Assembly (NCBI GenBank): GCA_964016885.1
Contig: OZ024748.1
Location: forward strand, 25,668,001 to 25,732,000
DNA: 64,000 bases
Reading direction: 5' to 3'
Origin: Eledone cirrhosa
Lineage: Eukaryota
Every line of letters starts with the position of its first letter. Position 1 is the first letter of the stretch. The position numbers and the translations under genes were made by a program. Shown in pieces: positions 25,836 through 39,303 of the stretch. The notes beneath the pieces are model-generated. The model did not search any database and was not told the DNA's origin. It saw only the letters and a program-made list of their open reading frames with translations.

Positions 25836-26891
25836 AATAATGTACCATTCACTCACAATTGATAAGTGGACGCTTTACTTGAATAGTTTCTGCTGATAAT
25901 ATGCAAGGACATCTAAATATAGATAGATTAAAACAAATTCTTGGAAGACAACCTTATCAGTTCAGTTTAAGCAGTTGTGCACAGTGTACAGTGTGCTTTG
26001 GTGGTGTCATCTTTCAATATCTGAACTGTTTTGCTTTCTTAAGAAACATTTGGACCCATTACGAGTGGGGAAAAAAATTAATATTAGAATATCATTCTGA
26101 TAGTAATGAAAATGACACTCAGAAGAAAAAACTGAAATCCACTTTCTATGAAAGAAAGGTTCAGCCAAAATTATTAAACAATGAGAAATTTTAATCATGG
26201 TTGGAATTGAGTAAAAAGAATGCAAGTAAAGGCTACTGTAAATTGTGCAATAGTGAGATAGCTGGTAGCTTAAGTCAAGTAGTAAGGCATGAAGAGACAG
26301 AAAAATATCCAAAGAATGCAAAAGTAGTGAAACAAACAGTGAAGGAGACAGATTTCATAAAGCTTGCTCAATGTTTTGCTCACTTAATGAAAATAGCATC
26401 AGCTGAGCTGAAACTATAGATTTATTGCTGAGCACAACCTACCCATTGCTATTTTGGATCATTGGCCTGGCCTTATTGCCAATAAAATATATAAAGTAAA
26501 TGTAAAACATTTTCTTTTTTAATATTTGTGGGGTTTCATCATCATCAGGAGTGTTAGGATGTGGGAGGTGTATGGAAGTGGATTATTGGATTTGGTAGGC
26601 TTTTGTATATTTTGGTACTTTTTAAACAAAGTTTTTGGTACTATTGAGAAAAGATTTCAACAGCCCTGTATCGCTGTTACTTGTATAATTATAATTATTA
26701 GTTTAAATATAGGATATCACTGCTATTTATATAGTTATAAATATCACTGTTATTCATAGAGTTAGCATATCACTGTTATTCATAAAATTATTAATATTAC
26801 TTTAAATATAGAATATTACTGTTATTTATATAACAGAAAAACATTGCATTTGCTATCAAATCTTATGGAATAAAAAATAATTGATACATAC

Positions 26892-27026
26892 CATCCTGAA
26901 AGACACGTTCGACATTGAGTCCGTATGTTGCACAGGTTTCGTAATATGTACATCTTTTCAAATCTATTGCAAGTTTACGGGCCCTAACATCATCAATCAC
27001 ACGTGGATTGCTTTCACTGATAGCAT
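26892..27026 (-). CDS. AGAP1: AGAP coding exon, GTPase-like domain, 135 nt
   Basis: ttctag|AT GCT ATC ... CAG GAT G|gtatgt; (D)[44 protein letters not shown]; phase 1/1. Confidence 0.96.
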
Positions 27027-27881
27027 CTAGAAAGTAACAGAATTTGAAAATAATAGAAAATTGGGAATAATGGGTCATGGAATTCAAATTCAAAAGAATT
27101 CATTTTTTTTCTTTTTTATAAACAACTGGTTGGCTTAAGAAGAATTGAGAAAATTTGAAATGTAAATGTCAAAAGCAGAAACAACGACAAAAATAATCAA
27201 TCAGGAAGCACCTCTCTTTGTTTACCTTTTCCATCTCTAGGAATACTTTACTCAATTTCCTCAGCTATTATTTATAGTGATTGTCTATTATTATAGTCAT
27301 TTCTGTGGTGGGACATCTACATTTAACATTTTTTTTAATATTACTTAAAATGTAAAAAAATAATATAAAGAAACTATTATAGGGTAAATTTTGTTCAGAA
27401 TTTCAACATTTATCGTATAAAAATAATGAAATTCTGTTTAGTCTAAATGGTAAAAATTTTACAAATAGTTCTTTCTATAAACAAGAATACAGAAAGTAAA
27501 AATATAGGACAGTAAATGGTATTTATTATAAAGTCACCATTATTTCAGATGTCAAAGGATTCTAAAATATTGTTATCAAATTTAATGGAAAAATAAATAG
27601 ACATTCTAACATTTGAACTGCTGAACATCCTGTTCCACAAGAAACCACATTACCAAGTATTACTGGTTCTGTTTATATTAAAGTTGAAAAAAATAACCAT
27701 GGCTGCAGTCTAATATGACTGAGACAAATAAAAGAATTGAAGAAGTAGACAGTGAAATATTTGAAAGGAGTGAGAATTTCCTCATGAATAGTAAAAAAAA
27801 AAAAAACCTTCAACTAACCATTTTGATACCAACCTCCCTCAAACCACCCATTTAAATGAAATCCTTCTATCATTATTTGAT

Positions 27882-27985
27882 ATCCCGCCGAGGTTAACTT
27901 TGCCTTTCATTCTTATGGGGTAGATAAAATAAAGTACCAGTAATGCACTGAGTAATTGCTGGCCTTGTGCCAAAAGTAGAAACAA
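27882..27985 (+). mobile_element. SINE family 1, 5'-truncated, inserted in a family B MITE
   Basis: atcccgccgaggttaactttgcc...agtagaaaca, flanked by the direct repeat attatttgatat. Confidence 0.85.
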
Positions 27986-28095
27986 TTATTTGATATAAGA
28001 ACTTTTTGTTAAATTAAATTACAAATACCACCTTAATAATGAAATAATTTATAATTTAAGTTCCCAGAAATTTTTCATTGATTAATTAAAATACA

Positions 28096-28215
<120 letters not shown>

Positions 28216-28739
28216 GCATATGCTTGTATGTATGGACCCATAATTCCTGATGAAGTTGTTGGAGATCCATAGTGATATTTCAGCATGTCTTGGGAAGTTT
28301 TTTAAAAGCCTGGCAGAGGCCATCCTTCTCCAGGTGTGAACACAGCTGATATCTTCCAGAGAAAGTGAAAGAGAGAGGATGATTATTTGGCCACTTCCAA
28401 GAACCACTAGCCCTGGTAGCTATAACTTAGAAATAATATTATTTTGGCCACTTCCAAGAAGCACAAGCCCTGGTAGGTATAACTTAGAAAGAATATCAAC
28501 AAATCCCAATATTTGACTGCTCTAGATGTCTGCTAGTTTATTCTTTTTGTGGAAGTGCAGAACAAAAAAAAAAAAAAAAACTACAACAAAAGTTCTGCTA
28601 TTAAACTGTGACTTGTCAATATTACCATAATATCCAATAATTTAAAGAGATTCTGAAGAAGTTGTCAGTTTGAGTGGATATCAAATATAAAACTGTAACT
28701 GAAATAATCAATAACTGAGTTACTGCATAGCACAGTTTC

Positions 28740-29765
28740 ATAAGGGGAGGTTATATGACAGGGAAGGGGTGGTATATAGCGATAGAGGGAAGTTATATGA
28801 CAGGGAAGGGGTGGTATATAGTGATAGGGGAAGTTATATGACAGGGGAAGGGGTGGTATATAATGATAGGGGGAAGGTGTTATAGTGATAGGAGGAAGTT
28901 ATATGACAGGTGGAGGGGTGTTATATAGTAACAGGGGGAGGTTATATGACATGGGAAGGGGTGGTATATAGTGATAGGGGGAGGTTATATGACAGGTGGA
29001 GGGGTGTTATAGTGATAGGGCGAGGTTATATGACAGGGGATGGGGTGTTATACAGTGATAGGGGGAGGTTATATGACAGATGGAGGTTATATAGTGACAG
29101 TAGAAGGTTATATAGTGACAGGAAGAGGTTATATAGTGACAGAGAGGTTATATAGTGACAGTGCGAAGTTATATAGTACAGGGGGAGGTTATATAGTACA
29201 GGGGGAGGTTATATAGTACAGTTGGAGGTTATATAGTGACAGTGGGAGGTTATATAGTACAGTTGGAGGTTATATAGTGACAGTGGGAGGTTATATAGTG
29301 ACAGTGGGAGGTTATATAGTGACAGGGGGAGATTATATAGCCCTAGCGGTGGATTGGCAGTATCGGTAGAGGGTCGGACGCCATGCTTTCCAGCATAGTT
29401 ACGATCTGAGTTCAAATCCCGCCGAGGTTGACTTTGCCTTTCATCCTTACGGGGTCGATAAAATAAAGTACCAGTAATGCACTTTGTAATTGCTGGCCTT
29501 GTGCCTAAAGTAGAAACAATTATATAGCCCTAGCGAGATTATATAATCATTGAGAGGTTATACAATCATGAGGTTATATAACCATGACAAAGTTATATAG
29601 TCACAAAGAGGTTATATAATCATGGGAATGTTATAGAGCACAGTTTCAGGGGGAGGTTATATAGCACAGTGAGATTTTATAGTGTGGGGTTGTTATATAG
29701 TATGGGGAAGTCATAGGGAGGTTATATAGTCACAAAGGTTATATATTGACAGAAGGTTATATAGT
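28740..29765. repeat. G-rich ~19-21 bp minisatellite (gggaggttatatagtgaca) with SINE insertion
   Basis: Alternating dimer units on the left, simple monomers in the middle, decayed units on the right. Confidence 0.88.
29346..29518 (+). mobile_element. SINE family 1 with 17-bp TSD
   Basis: attatatagccctagcg at 29332-29348 and 29519-29535; A and B boxes intact. Confidence 0.92.
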
Positions 29766-31029
29766 TATGATGATACAAGTTTCATATAGCAAATCTGAGT
29801 AGCTTATGTTTTCATCAACCTCTGATCACAGACAAATGTTGATATTTCAGTTTTAACCCTACCATTACCATGTTTCTAATAAAAGATACTGCCAATGATT
29901 TTCAAATAATTTTGAAAATATTTAGGAATTTGGTGGAATTTAATAATATAACTAACTTTTTATTAAATTGATTTCTGGATCTTACATACAATTTTCATGG
30001 AAGGTTTTTAGATAAATATAAACACTTTGAAATAAACAGTTTAATAGTATCATAGAACCAGGAGTGGTTTTGGGTGATTTGGTATCAAAAATGGTTGCTA
30101 AAATATATATATATACAATCAGAAAATACTATACTGACTTTAACATTTTAAAAAAATCTACAAGGAAATATAATCAATGAAATAAAATTGACCATCATTG
30201 AATAGGGTGCAAATTAGAAATAAGAGAATGTGTTGAAAATAACATTGCTGATGAAAAAGATCCAGTGCGAGTCAGACCCAGGAAAGAATAATAAGAAATC
30301 CTTGAATATTTTGTGTGACCCAGAATTATTCATTTCAGACTATTGAAGAGAGAAGGGGTGGAAATAAATATCTTCCAGAATGGAGTGCAAAATAGAACAG
30401 CTTCTTCCCAAATTGATGATGAGTGTCTTTCCTTCACCAAAAGTCCAATCCATTCATGCTGAGAACTTGACACTTACCTGATTTACCTGGCAGTATTCAC
30501 TTTCATGTTGCTAACTCTCAGTTGAATTACACAAAGGATTATTAGTTTTGATCCTTAAAACAAGTGAAATGCTTGCTTCTTTATATCATAGAAAAGCTCA
30601 TTATCAACTGTTCTTAGCAGATGTGGAAGGTAGCTTTATAAATAAAGGAAAAACTACCTTTATTTATTAGTTAAAAATAAAACCTTAACACCAATCTTCT
30701 TCAATGAAACTTCAATGTTATTGAGACTACCATATCCTGTCAAATAATGTATATTTTTGACACAAAATATAGGAGTTATTTCCAAATATTTTAAGTTATT
30801 TCAATTGTGGAACATAACTTCCTATGTTTTCAACTAGCTGTTCTATAATTAGTCATCTCTGGTCAACATTTCCTCAACTGACTTCTCTGACCAGTATATA
30901 TCTCCAGTCATCTGACCAGGACTATATCACTCTCCAACTGACATGTTTATCTCTCTTACAAACACTAACTAATACATCCCATAGTTAGTTGGTAGATTTC
31001 GAAAACAGCTCAAACCCCATTTTGCTTCA

Positions 31030-31285
31030 TGATTAGGGTGTTGGACTTATTTGTGATCATAATGTCATGAGTTCAATTCCTAGACCAAGTAACACATTGT
31101 GTTCTTGAGTAAAACACTGAATTTCAAATTGCTCAAGTACACTCAACTGAAAATGAGTACCAGCAGCAACTGGGAGTTAACCCTGTAATAGAATGGCATC
31201 CTATCCAATGTTATACTCTCAGCCGCTTAATGCCAATGAAACCAGGATAAGCACAGGACTAATAAGCCTCCAGGCTTGAGACAAC
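31030..31285 (+). mobile_element. SINE family 2, diverged copy
   Basis: gagttcaattcc...gtgttcttgagtaaaacactgaatttc...actcaactgaaaatgagtacc. Confidence 0.65.
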
Positions 31286-31653
31286 TTTTAATTTTTTTTT
31301 TGGGGGGGGGGGGGGGGGGTAATTAAAATAATAAATAGGAAGAGAGAAAAAAATTAACGCAAAATTGGGAAGGGGGTATATCTCAGCTGCACCCTCATGA
31401 ACAAGATGGTGAATATATTCCTGCAGAGAACAACCAGTGACACTGGGTCAGCCATTTCATCTTATGGGGCTCCTTCCTCAAGCAAGATGCACTCCTCCCA
31501 ATTTTGTGAAGGAAAATGGTGATCCGGGGACTGAGGACAGGGGAAAGGGCATTAAATGAGAAACTGAAATTTCATTTCCAATAATAAATATCCTTAATTT
31601 AATTATGTTCTTTCATCTTTATAAAAATGAAAATAGAATGTCTAAACACTTAC

Positions 31654-31795
31654 CCTGTGTCCCCACGAGTATTAAGGGGATTTCTGTAGGATTTCGGTAG
31701 TGTGCCATTTTGGCATAGTAGCTGTAAACTGCCTGGAAGCTCATTTCATTTTCAAGACTAAATACAAAGATGACTGCATCCACCCATTGAGTAAA
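31654..31795 (-). CDS. AGAP1: AGAP coding exon, GTPase-like domain, 142 nt
   Basis: tttacag|TTT ACT CAA TGG ... ACA CAG G|gtaagt; [47 protein letters not shown]; phase 0 in, 1 out, joins the previous exon in frame. Confidence 0.96.
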
Positions 31796-31849
31796 CTGTA
31801 AAATATAATAATAATAATGTTTCATATATTGGCCTCAATAATAATAATA

Positions 31850-33424
31850 ACAACAACTCCAAACATTGCTACAAACTGTACACGGATTCACAAAAGAAAT
31901 AGGCATGAAATTTGAGCTAGAAAAATGTGCCAAGGCAACTCTGAAGAGAGGGAAACTATTGAAAAGCACTAATATCATGTTAGATAAAGAAACAGAAATA
32001 AGGGAACTAGATCAAACTCAAACATACAAATACTTAGGAATCAACGAACTAGATAAGATTCAACACACACAGATGAAAGAAAAGATTAGAAAAGAATATT
32101 ACAGAAGAATTAGGTTAATGCTCAAAACTGAACTAAATGCAAAGAATAAGGTGATTGGCATCAACACTTTAGCAGTCCCAGTAATGGGCTACACCTTTAA
32201 CATTTTGAACTGGACACTAAAAGAACTAACTGGAATAGATAGAAAAACAAGAAAAATAATGACTGCATTTAAAACACACCATTCAAAATCAGATGTAGAA
32301 AGATTATACCTACCAAGAACACAAGAAGAAAGGGGCCTTATGCAACTAGAAAGCTCTTATAAAATGTAGGACTACAAAAATACCTAATAAAAAAACAAAG
32401 GAAAGCTAATACAAATAGCCACGAAACATGAACAAAACAAAAAACTGTTCTTGGTCTTCAGGGAAGCCAAAAAATTCAAATCAGAAACTGGACTAACAGA
32501 TAATTGTGAGGAAAATGAAAACAAAGAAAAAACAACAGAAATTGTGAAAGACATAAAATTTAAATTTAAAACTGACATCCATAATGCCATGTTAAAACGA
32601 TGGCAAGAGAAATCCTCACATGGCCAATACCCCCAAAAAGTTAAATCGAAAAGTAGACAAAGAAAACACAAAACTGGCTACGAAGCACTGGGCTAAAAAC
32701 AGATGGAAGGATGTCTAATTTCAACTCAGGACCAGAGTCTACCTACCAGAAACTACCAGAAGTACATAATAAAACAAAGCACTATAAGTAACTGTCGAAT
32801 ATGTGGAGATAGGGAAGAAACAATCAACCACATAGTCTCTGGATGCCCAGCTCTAGCCAAAAAAGAATATATCCACAGGCGTGATAGAGTTGGGACCTTC
32901 ATACACAGGAAATTATGGTAGCATTATGAAATACCAACAGAAAAAAGATGGTACTAATACACACCAGAAAAAGTGTCAGAGAATGACAAAGCAAACATTC
33001 TCTGGGATATGCCAATAAGGTCAACCAACCAGATATTATAGTCAAAGACCACAAAGAAAAAAAAATGCCTTCTAATAGATGTATCTATCCTCACAGACAA
33101 CAATATATCTTCCAAGGAAATAGAGAAACTCTCCAAATATAAAGATCTAGAGATAGAAATAACTCAAATGTGGAAAATGAAAACAGAAACAATAACTATA
33201 ATAATAGGTGGTCTAGGAATGATAAAAAAAACACACAGACAAATACATAGCCAAAAGCCCAGGACTTACAAATATATAAAGCATACAAAAGATAGCACTA
33301 GTAGGCACTGCACACATATTACGAAAAGTACTATCAATACAATAGAAACAACACCAGCAAAAACTACATTGCTCATACCCAAAGTGCACAGAGCTGTACT
33401 CGGTAAACCAGTAACGATGCGCAA
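31850..33424 (+). mobile_element. 5'-truncated, decayed R4/Dong-clade non-LTR retrotransposon (RT C-terminus, CCHC finger, restriction-like endonuclease)
   Basis: GMKFELEKCA..YKYLGI..IDRKTRK..RLYLPR; CRICG..ETINHIVSGC..YIHRRD; ILWD..PDIIVKD..LIDVS..KE.EKLSKYKDL; broken by stops and frameshifts; (TAA)n at both ends once the Helitron is removed. Confidence 0.88.
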
Positions 33425-33899
33425 TCTTAATTATAATAAAGAAAGGAGTGCGGGACTGCATCCAGAATATATTTTTTTACCCCGTTTGTAAAATAAGTTG
33501 GATTACTTTGAATAAATAATGAATGAATATTACATAATTAATCTACTAAATTTCATGGCTGTTGATTAAATATATTTTATTGCTTATTTAAAGATTCACT
33601 TCTTTAAAATTATCAAATGTCAACACTTCCGGTTAGTGGCCGTTATATTGTAACACTTATAATCGCATATATTTCCATCGCTAATTTTCTCCTAATGCAG
33701 TTTATATATAATGTCTTTTTTTAATGTATCATGGATTACGTTACTGATTACAGAAGACAGTGTAACATAGACTTCGTTCAATTTCTCTGTATGTTGTCAA
33801 TTACGATTTTATTTACATACACATATATTTGTGTATAATATCAATATACACACTCCACATGCTAGCAGAAAACCACCCGAAGGATCGTTTTTCTGCTAG
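33425..33899 (+). mobile_element. Non-autonomous Helitron-like element, apparently complete
   Basis: a|TCttaattataataaag ... ctagcagaaaa-(spacer)-ttttctgCTAG|t; A|T target, no TSD, subterminal hairpin; second copy at 15264. Confidence 0.78.
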
Positions 33900-33921
33900 T
33901 AAAAATAATAATGGAAATAAT

Positions 33922-34142
33922 AATGGTTTCTTATATAGGCACAAGGCCATCAATTTTGGGGGAAGGGAAAGTCGATTAAATCGACCCAGTGCATGACTGG
34001 TACTTTATTTTATCGACTCCGGGAGGATGAAAGGCAAAGTTAACCTCGAAGAGATTTGAACTCAGATCATAAAGAGCCGTAAATCTATGCTGCAAAGCAT
34101 GGTGTGTGACGCTCTACCGATACTGCCAATCCACCACCCTCT
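33922..34142 (-). mobile_element. SINE family 1, longer subfamily, full length
   Basis: Tail ggtttcttatataggcacaaggcc through head gatactgccaatccaccaccct; flanked by (AAT)n on both sides. Confidence 0.88.
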
Positions 34143-34419
34143 ATAATAATAATAATGATTTCAATAAAAAATACTAAATACATAGTTTTTTCTCTTTTTT
34201 CTTTAAGAATTTAACTTAAGAACTCTCATACAGATATGAGCTTAAACCATGGAATCAGGAATCCTAATGCCTGCTAATCTTAAGTCATTTGTTAATCTGG
34301 AAAGTATTACAATTGGTCTATTTAGTTTACCAATAAAGATATCATAGCTACTTAAATATCCAGTAAATATGCTTATGGTAGAAGATCGAAAATGGCATCA
34401 GATGATGGATTATAAGATG

Positions 34420-34600
34420 GTGATTGGCAGTATCGGTAGAGGGTCGGACGCCATGCTTTGAAGCATAGAGTTACCTCCCAGTATGATCTGAGTTCAAATC
34501 CCGCCGAGGTTAACTTTGCCTTTCATCCTTACGGGGTCGATAAAATAAAGTACCAGTAATGCACTGGATGGCCTTGTGCCAAAAGTAGAAACAATTATTA
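34420..34600 (+). mobile_element. SINE family 1
   Basis: gattggcagtatcggtagagggtcggacgcc...gagttcaaatcccgccgagg...agtagaaacaattatta. Confidence 0.9.
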
Positions 34601-34654
34601 CTAGTATTACTAATAAAGAAACCATTATTACAAGTATTACTAATATATATATGT

Positions 34655-35000
34655 GTAAAAAAACACACAGTCCACGCTGTAATGTGGCCGTGTAGGCAAC
34701 ACGGTAAAAACCTCCCAGTCCCACACTGTAAATGTGGTTGGTGCTAGGAAGGGCATCCAGCTGTAGAAAACACGCCAGACAGTCCACGCTGTAATGTGGC
34801 CATGTAGGCAACACGGTAAAACCTCCCAGCCCCACACTGTAAATGTGGTTGGTGTTAGGAAGGGCATCCAGCTGTAGAAAACCCGCCAGACAGTCCTATG
34901 CGAGCAAGACAACCACTCTTGCCTCAAGTGGGAAAACTCCCGTCCAAACCCATGCAAGCGTGGAACATGGACGTTAAACGATGATGATGATGATGATGAT
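34655..35000 (+). mobile_element. Young RTE 3'UTR-derived insertion with internal ~110-bp duplication and (GAT)n tail
   Basis: Nearly identical to 61563-61800 and to the reverse complement of 59138-59448. Confidence 0.9.
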
Positions 35001-35078
35001 GTGTGTGTGTGTGTGTGTGTGTGATCCATGATCAGTAATAACTTATTGTGTGTTAATAAGTTAAGTACTAATACCATA

Positions 35079-35346
35079 TTAACCCTTTTGTTACTGTATT
35101 TCTAATGAAATACTCTGCCCATGTGCTTCAATAAATTTTGAAAATAATCGAAAATTTTGAAGAATTTAATAAAATTCCTTAAATTTTTAATTACTAAGCT
35201 AATGTTTGGGACATTACTTTAACAAGAATTTCTTAAAATAAAATTACAGTGGAATGTTTTAATAGAAGTATGAACACTTTAAAATGGGCAGCTGTACATC
35301 ATTAAATCAGGGTGGTTTCAGGTGGGTTGATTATCAAAAAGGTTAA
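35079..35346. mobile_element. MITE family B, complete copy
   Basis: TTAA|cccttttgttac ... tatcaaaaagg|TTAA. Confidence 0.8.
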
Positions 35347-38300
35347 AGCAGGAGGAAATAAATTTTAAATTCTCTCCCTCTCTCTCAACAATAATGTTAC
35401 CATTAACACCAACATCATTATTACTGTTGTTAATCAGCGATCCAATAACAGACTAGGTAGAGTATCCAACTATTTGCCTGAAGCTAAATCAGAAGTATGA
35501 AGTAACTGAATAAGATAAGCAATGTTGTTGTTGCTGGGTTTTTTTTGGGGGGGAGGGGGGGGAATACAAATATATATATAAAGAAGGTAGAAAATATATA
35601 AAGTAATGTGAACAGATCTTATTCTTGATGTCATAACTTCACTAAATTTCTTCTTAAAACATACATGTGAACTCTTCCTACTAAAACTGATGGAAGTTAA
35701 AATCATAGAAGCCATAGATATAGTGCTTAAAATATATCAAGTGTGCAAGAACACATAAAATAAGTGTATGATACATTTAGCTGGTTTGAAAGTTGTTAAT
35801 AATTCAAAAGTTTAAACATAAATTTCACATCAATTTAAAGTTTTAAACTTTCTAGTAAGTTCTTTTTTTATTCAATAACATTTCATTATTACATTTTTTT
35901 TTAAAAAAGCAATTCTAATGTAAAATTATTAAGTTAATTTCTAATGGCCTTTAAAAAAAATACAACAAATATTTAACCCTTTTATTACTGTATTTCAATT
36001 GAAATACACTGCCAGTGTTATAAGTCATTTTGAAAATAAACAAATATTTAGGGGAATTTAATGAAATAGCTAAGTTTTTTTATTAGTAAGATTATTTTAA
36101 TAGAAGTTTTTTTATTAGTAAGATTATTTAAGAAAAATTTCAAAAACATAATTATAATGAAAGGTTTTGATATAAGGATAAACATTTTACAATGAACAGT
36201 GGAGAAACAGTAGTGATGGTGTTTAATTATATCACCAAGTTCAAAGATTGTTTCTGTATAAGTTTGGAATATTTTGACAATTTCTGCTTTAGAAAAATAT
36301 ATAAAATTTCCTTATAATAGCATTAAAGAGGGGTGGTCTATGATCTGTAATATAAATGTTCTCTCAAACAAATCATTTTAGTTTATATCTAATGGTTTTC
36401 TCACAGAGAATTCTTGTTTTATGTTTTATGATACAAGCAAGGCTTTTATAATGAATGATACACATAAAAAAAAAGCACAGCTGAAAGGGACAAAAACAAC
36501 TGTCTGTCTATCTCTCTGGTGATATTCTTACTCTACTCCTGTGTGACATAAACAGCAAGTTAAAGCATTGTAGCTGCTTAGGGGGGTCAGGCACTGCTCT
36601 TATTTCAAGGCTCCATATCATGGATTAATTGATCGATTGACAGACCTTAGATGTCAGGCCTCAATCAGTTTTGACAATGTTGTATTACTAAATTCTTACA
36701 AACTCTTAATTATTTTCATTAGAAATTATTATTTTTGAGAAATATGGAAACGTCAAGCTGAGAAAGTGGATGAAGAATAAAAGTTGATGGATGATGATTT
36801 TAATGTAACAATAGTTGTGCTAGCTATACAAGGCAGGAAAAAGCATTTGTAAACGATATGAAATATTTCAAAATTACTTAGAATTGTAATACTAAATCTC
36901 TCCAAATTTTTGATTAATTTAAAAATTATTTGAAAATCATAGGCAGTGACTTTCATTAGAAATATGGTAACAAAAGGGTTGATATTAGAGCTAAAAAAAA
37001 AATAATCTTAACACACATATATATATATATACATACACACGTGTGTGGGGAGGGGGGAGGGAGGAGAGAGGGAGAGGGGGGGGGGGGAGAGAGAGAGATT
37101 CACCTGTCAAATTTATTGGGTATGAGGAATACAAACATTTCCATTTTTGTATTAGAAAAATGGTAGAATAATAAACCAGTGAAACTTTTTTTTTTCATGT
37201 TCCAATGTTTTCATTAGATCATTTTGGTGATATCTCAAACTACAGCAGTAGGGTAAATGAGTAACTGAAATACTTTCAAAACAAACTCACCGTTTGTTGA
37301 TTTCTAAGGAGGGAGACCTTCAAGAATGTTTCAGCTAGTATGTTAACACATACCAAATTTCTAACAGTAGACATGCATTTTACAATGTAAAGCACTCTCT
37401 TATAAAAATCATCCTGGCAACTATCCAGTTAGTTGTCTTCAAGTAAGCCTATAAGGATTGTTTTTTTGTTTGTTTTTGCTTTGCTTATTACTATATACAA
37501 GGCCAGGTTTGTTGTATGCGATGAGATAAAGCTAATTAACTATTTCTACCCTGGTTGTGAATCTCATCAGTTATGTCTGAAACTAAAATATGCAAAAAGG
37601 CATTTCAACTTGTGCTCCCTCCCAACATTGGGTTATATAGCACAGATATCTTTTCATACTGAGGTTAAAATATGTTTAGATATATTGAATAGATTTAACT
37701 TAATAGTCTGTATAGTATGTGAGGCATTCTCAACTATGCCTTAACTATTTTTAGTTAACTTTGCCCCTATTTTTCTTTAAATTGAAGGCTCATATATGGC
37801 AGCAATAAACAAGAAACCTTTGAAATTCAGTTATGTTATGACTAAATAGACTTCAATGAAAAGTGAAACAGATTATTAAGTGTGACTGATAAATATATTC
37901 TCTAATTCACTTTAGGCTACAACTCAGAAACACTTCCACAGCAACAATATATATATATATATAACATTTAACACAATACATATGGAGTTTTAAGGAATTT
38001 CTCTCTCAACTGGTTCACTACTTGTCTGCTAGTCTTTCACCATAGTCTTTGTGCTGATCAATTACAACAGGAGGTATGTGATGGACTCTGTGTAATTCAA
38101 AATTTAATGAGCAGATAGATGACTGATAGATCTGAATTTTGTTTTATTTGGTGAGCCAAACTTTAATGGATTATGCAGAAAAAAGAGAGAGATGTTTCTT
38201 TATCAGCTATTCAACAAGTGGGATAAAGAGGTGTTCTTTCAATAAACATGATACTACTTGAAATAAATCAAATAGTTCATCAAACTAGACTGCAACCAAT

Positions 38301-39017
38301 GAAGTGGTTCAGATAGAAGAATAGACATAAGCTATGTTTTTACATGGGTAGATGGACTTAATGTTTCAATACTGCCAAATGATGGTCATTTTCATTAAGC
38401 TGGGACACAAGATAATTGCTACATTCAATGTTTCAATATCTCCAAAATCTGGGGCACTAGATAATTTCTGTGTCAATGACCACCAGAGAATAGACATACC
38501 CATATGTTTACAAGGGTAGTTGGAAACTTAATGTTTCAATATCTCAAAATTTTGGAGCACTAGATAATTGCTATGACAGTGACCAACAGAAAATAGAAAA
38601 GTACTATGAGAAGTATGTACATACTAAATATTAACTATCTCTATAAGATTTTGTGCATCCTTTGACAACAGGAAATATTCCAGGCAGTGAAAACTCATAA
38701 CTGAATATCATTTATCCTTCAATGGCCATATTTACTTCCCATCTGTTCAGTGGATGTCCTATTATGGAATCCTAAGGAGTAGTTATAGCACATTCTAGGA
38801 AGACAATGCATTACAATAAAGAGATACTTGCACACTCATGAAAATAATTATTAGGCTTAGAGTTAAAGTACAAAACATTATCATCAACAAGCAATAATTT
38901 CCCAAATATCAGTATCACATTCTGATTATATATTAACAGTACCACTAACATCGCAGGATTCAAAATAGGGGCATATATGAAAGCATATGCAATATGTTTA
39001 TGTATAATAAATATACA

Positions 39018-39085
39018 TACCGTATATACTCGAATATAAGCTGATCCCCCTCCCCTCCTCTATTTTATGCCTGAGAAAAGGGCAA
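39018..39085 (+). mobile_element. Single pogo/Tc-mariner-like terminal fragment
   Basis: ta|ccgtatatactcgaatataagctga resembles CCGTATATACTCG-type TIRs; no matching second end seen. Confidence 0.45.
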
Positions 39086-39303
39086 AAATCCCAACGGAAT
39101 CCAGATTGAAGGGTCCTTTTGAACTCTGCATTGTATCTGTTCAATTGCCAACACTAGTCTCTGGTCCTCATTACATTTACATGGTTAAAAAGAAAATGTT
39201 AGACAATTTATGAATGTCTAAAGAAGTTTCATAATGTTGTTTTGTTTTATTGTTGTTCTTTTTTTTTTTAAGGAAATATAACAAAAAATATATATATATT
39301 TAC

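Larger units (their letters stand above)
25165..26668 (+). mobile_element. Decayed hAT-like DNA transposon with transposase N-terminal remnants
   Basis: Broken ORF ...EKF*SWLELSKKNASKGYCKLCNSEIAGSLSQVVRH... and AELKL/FIAEHNLPIAILDH (zinc finger plus AEHNLP motif); subterminal ttggtac repeats at both ends; right end ttcaacagccctg; probable 8-bp TSD tatcactg (25157-25164) / tatcgctg (26669-26676). Confidence 0.65.
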
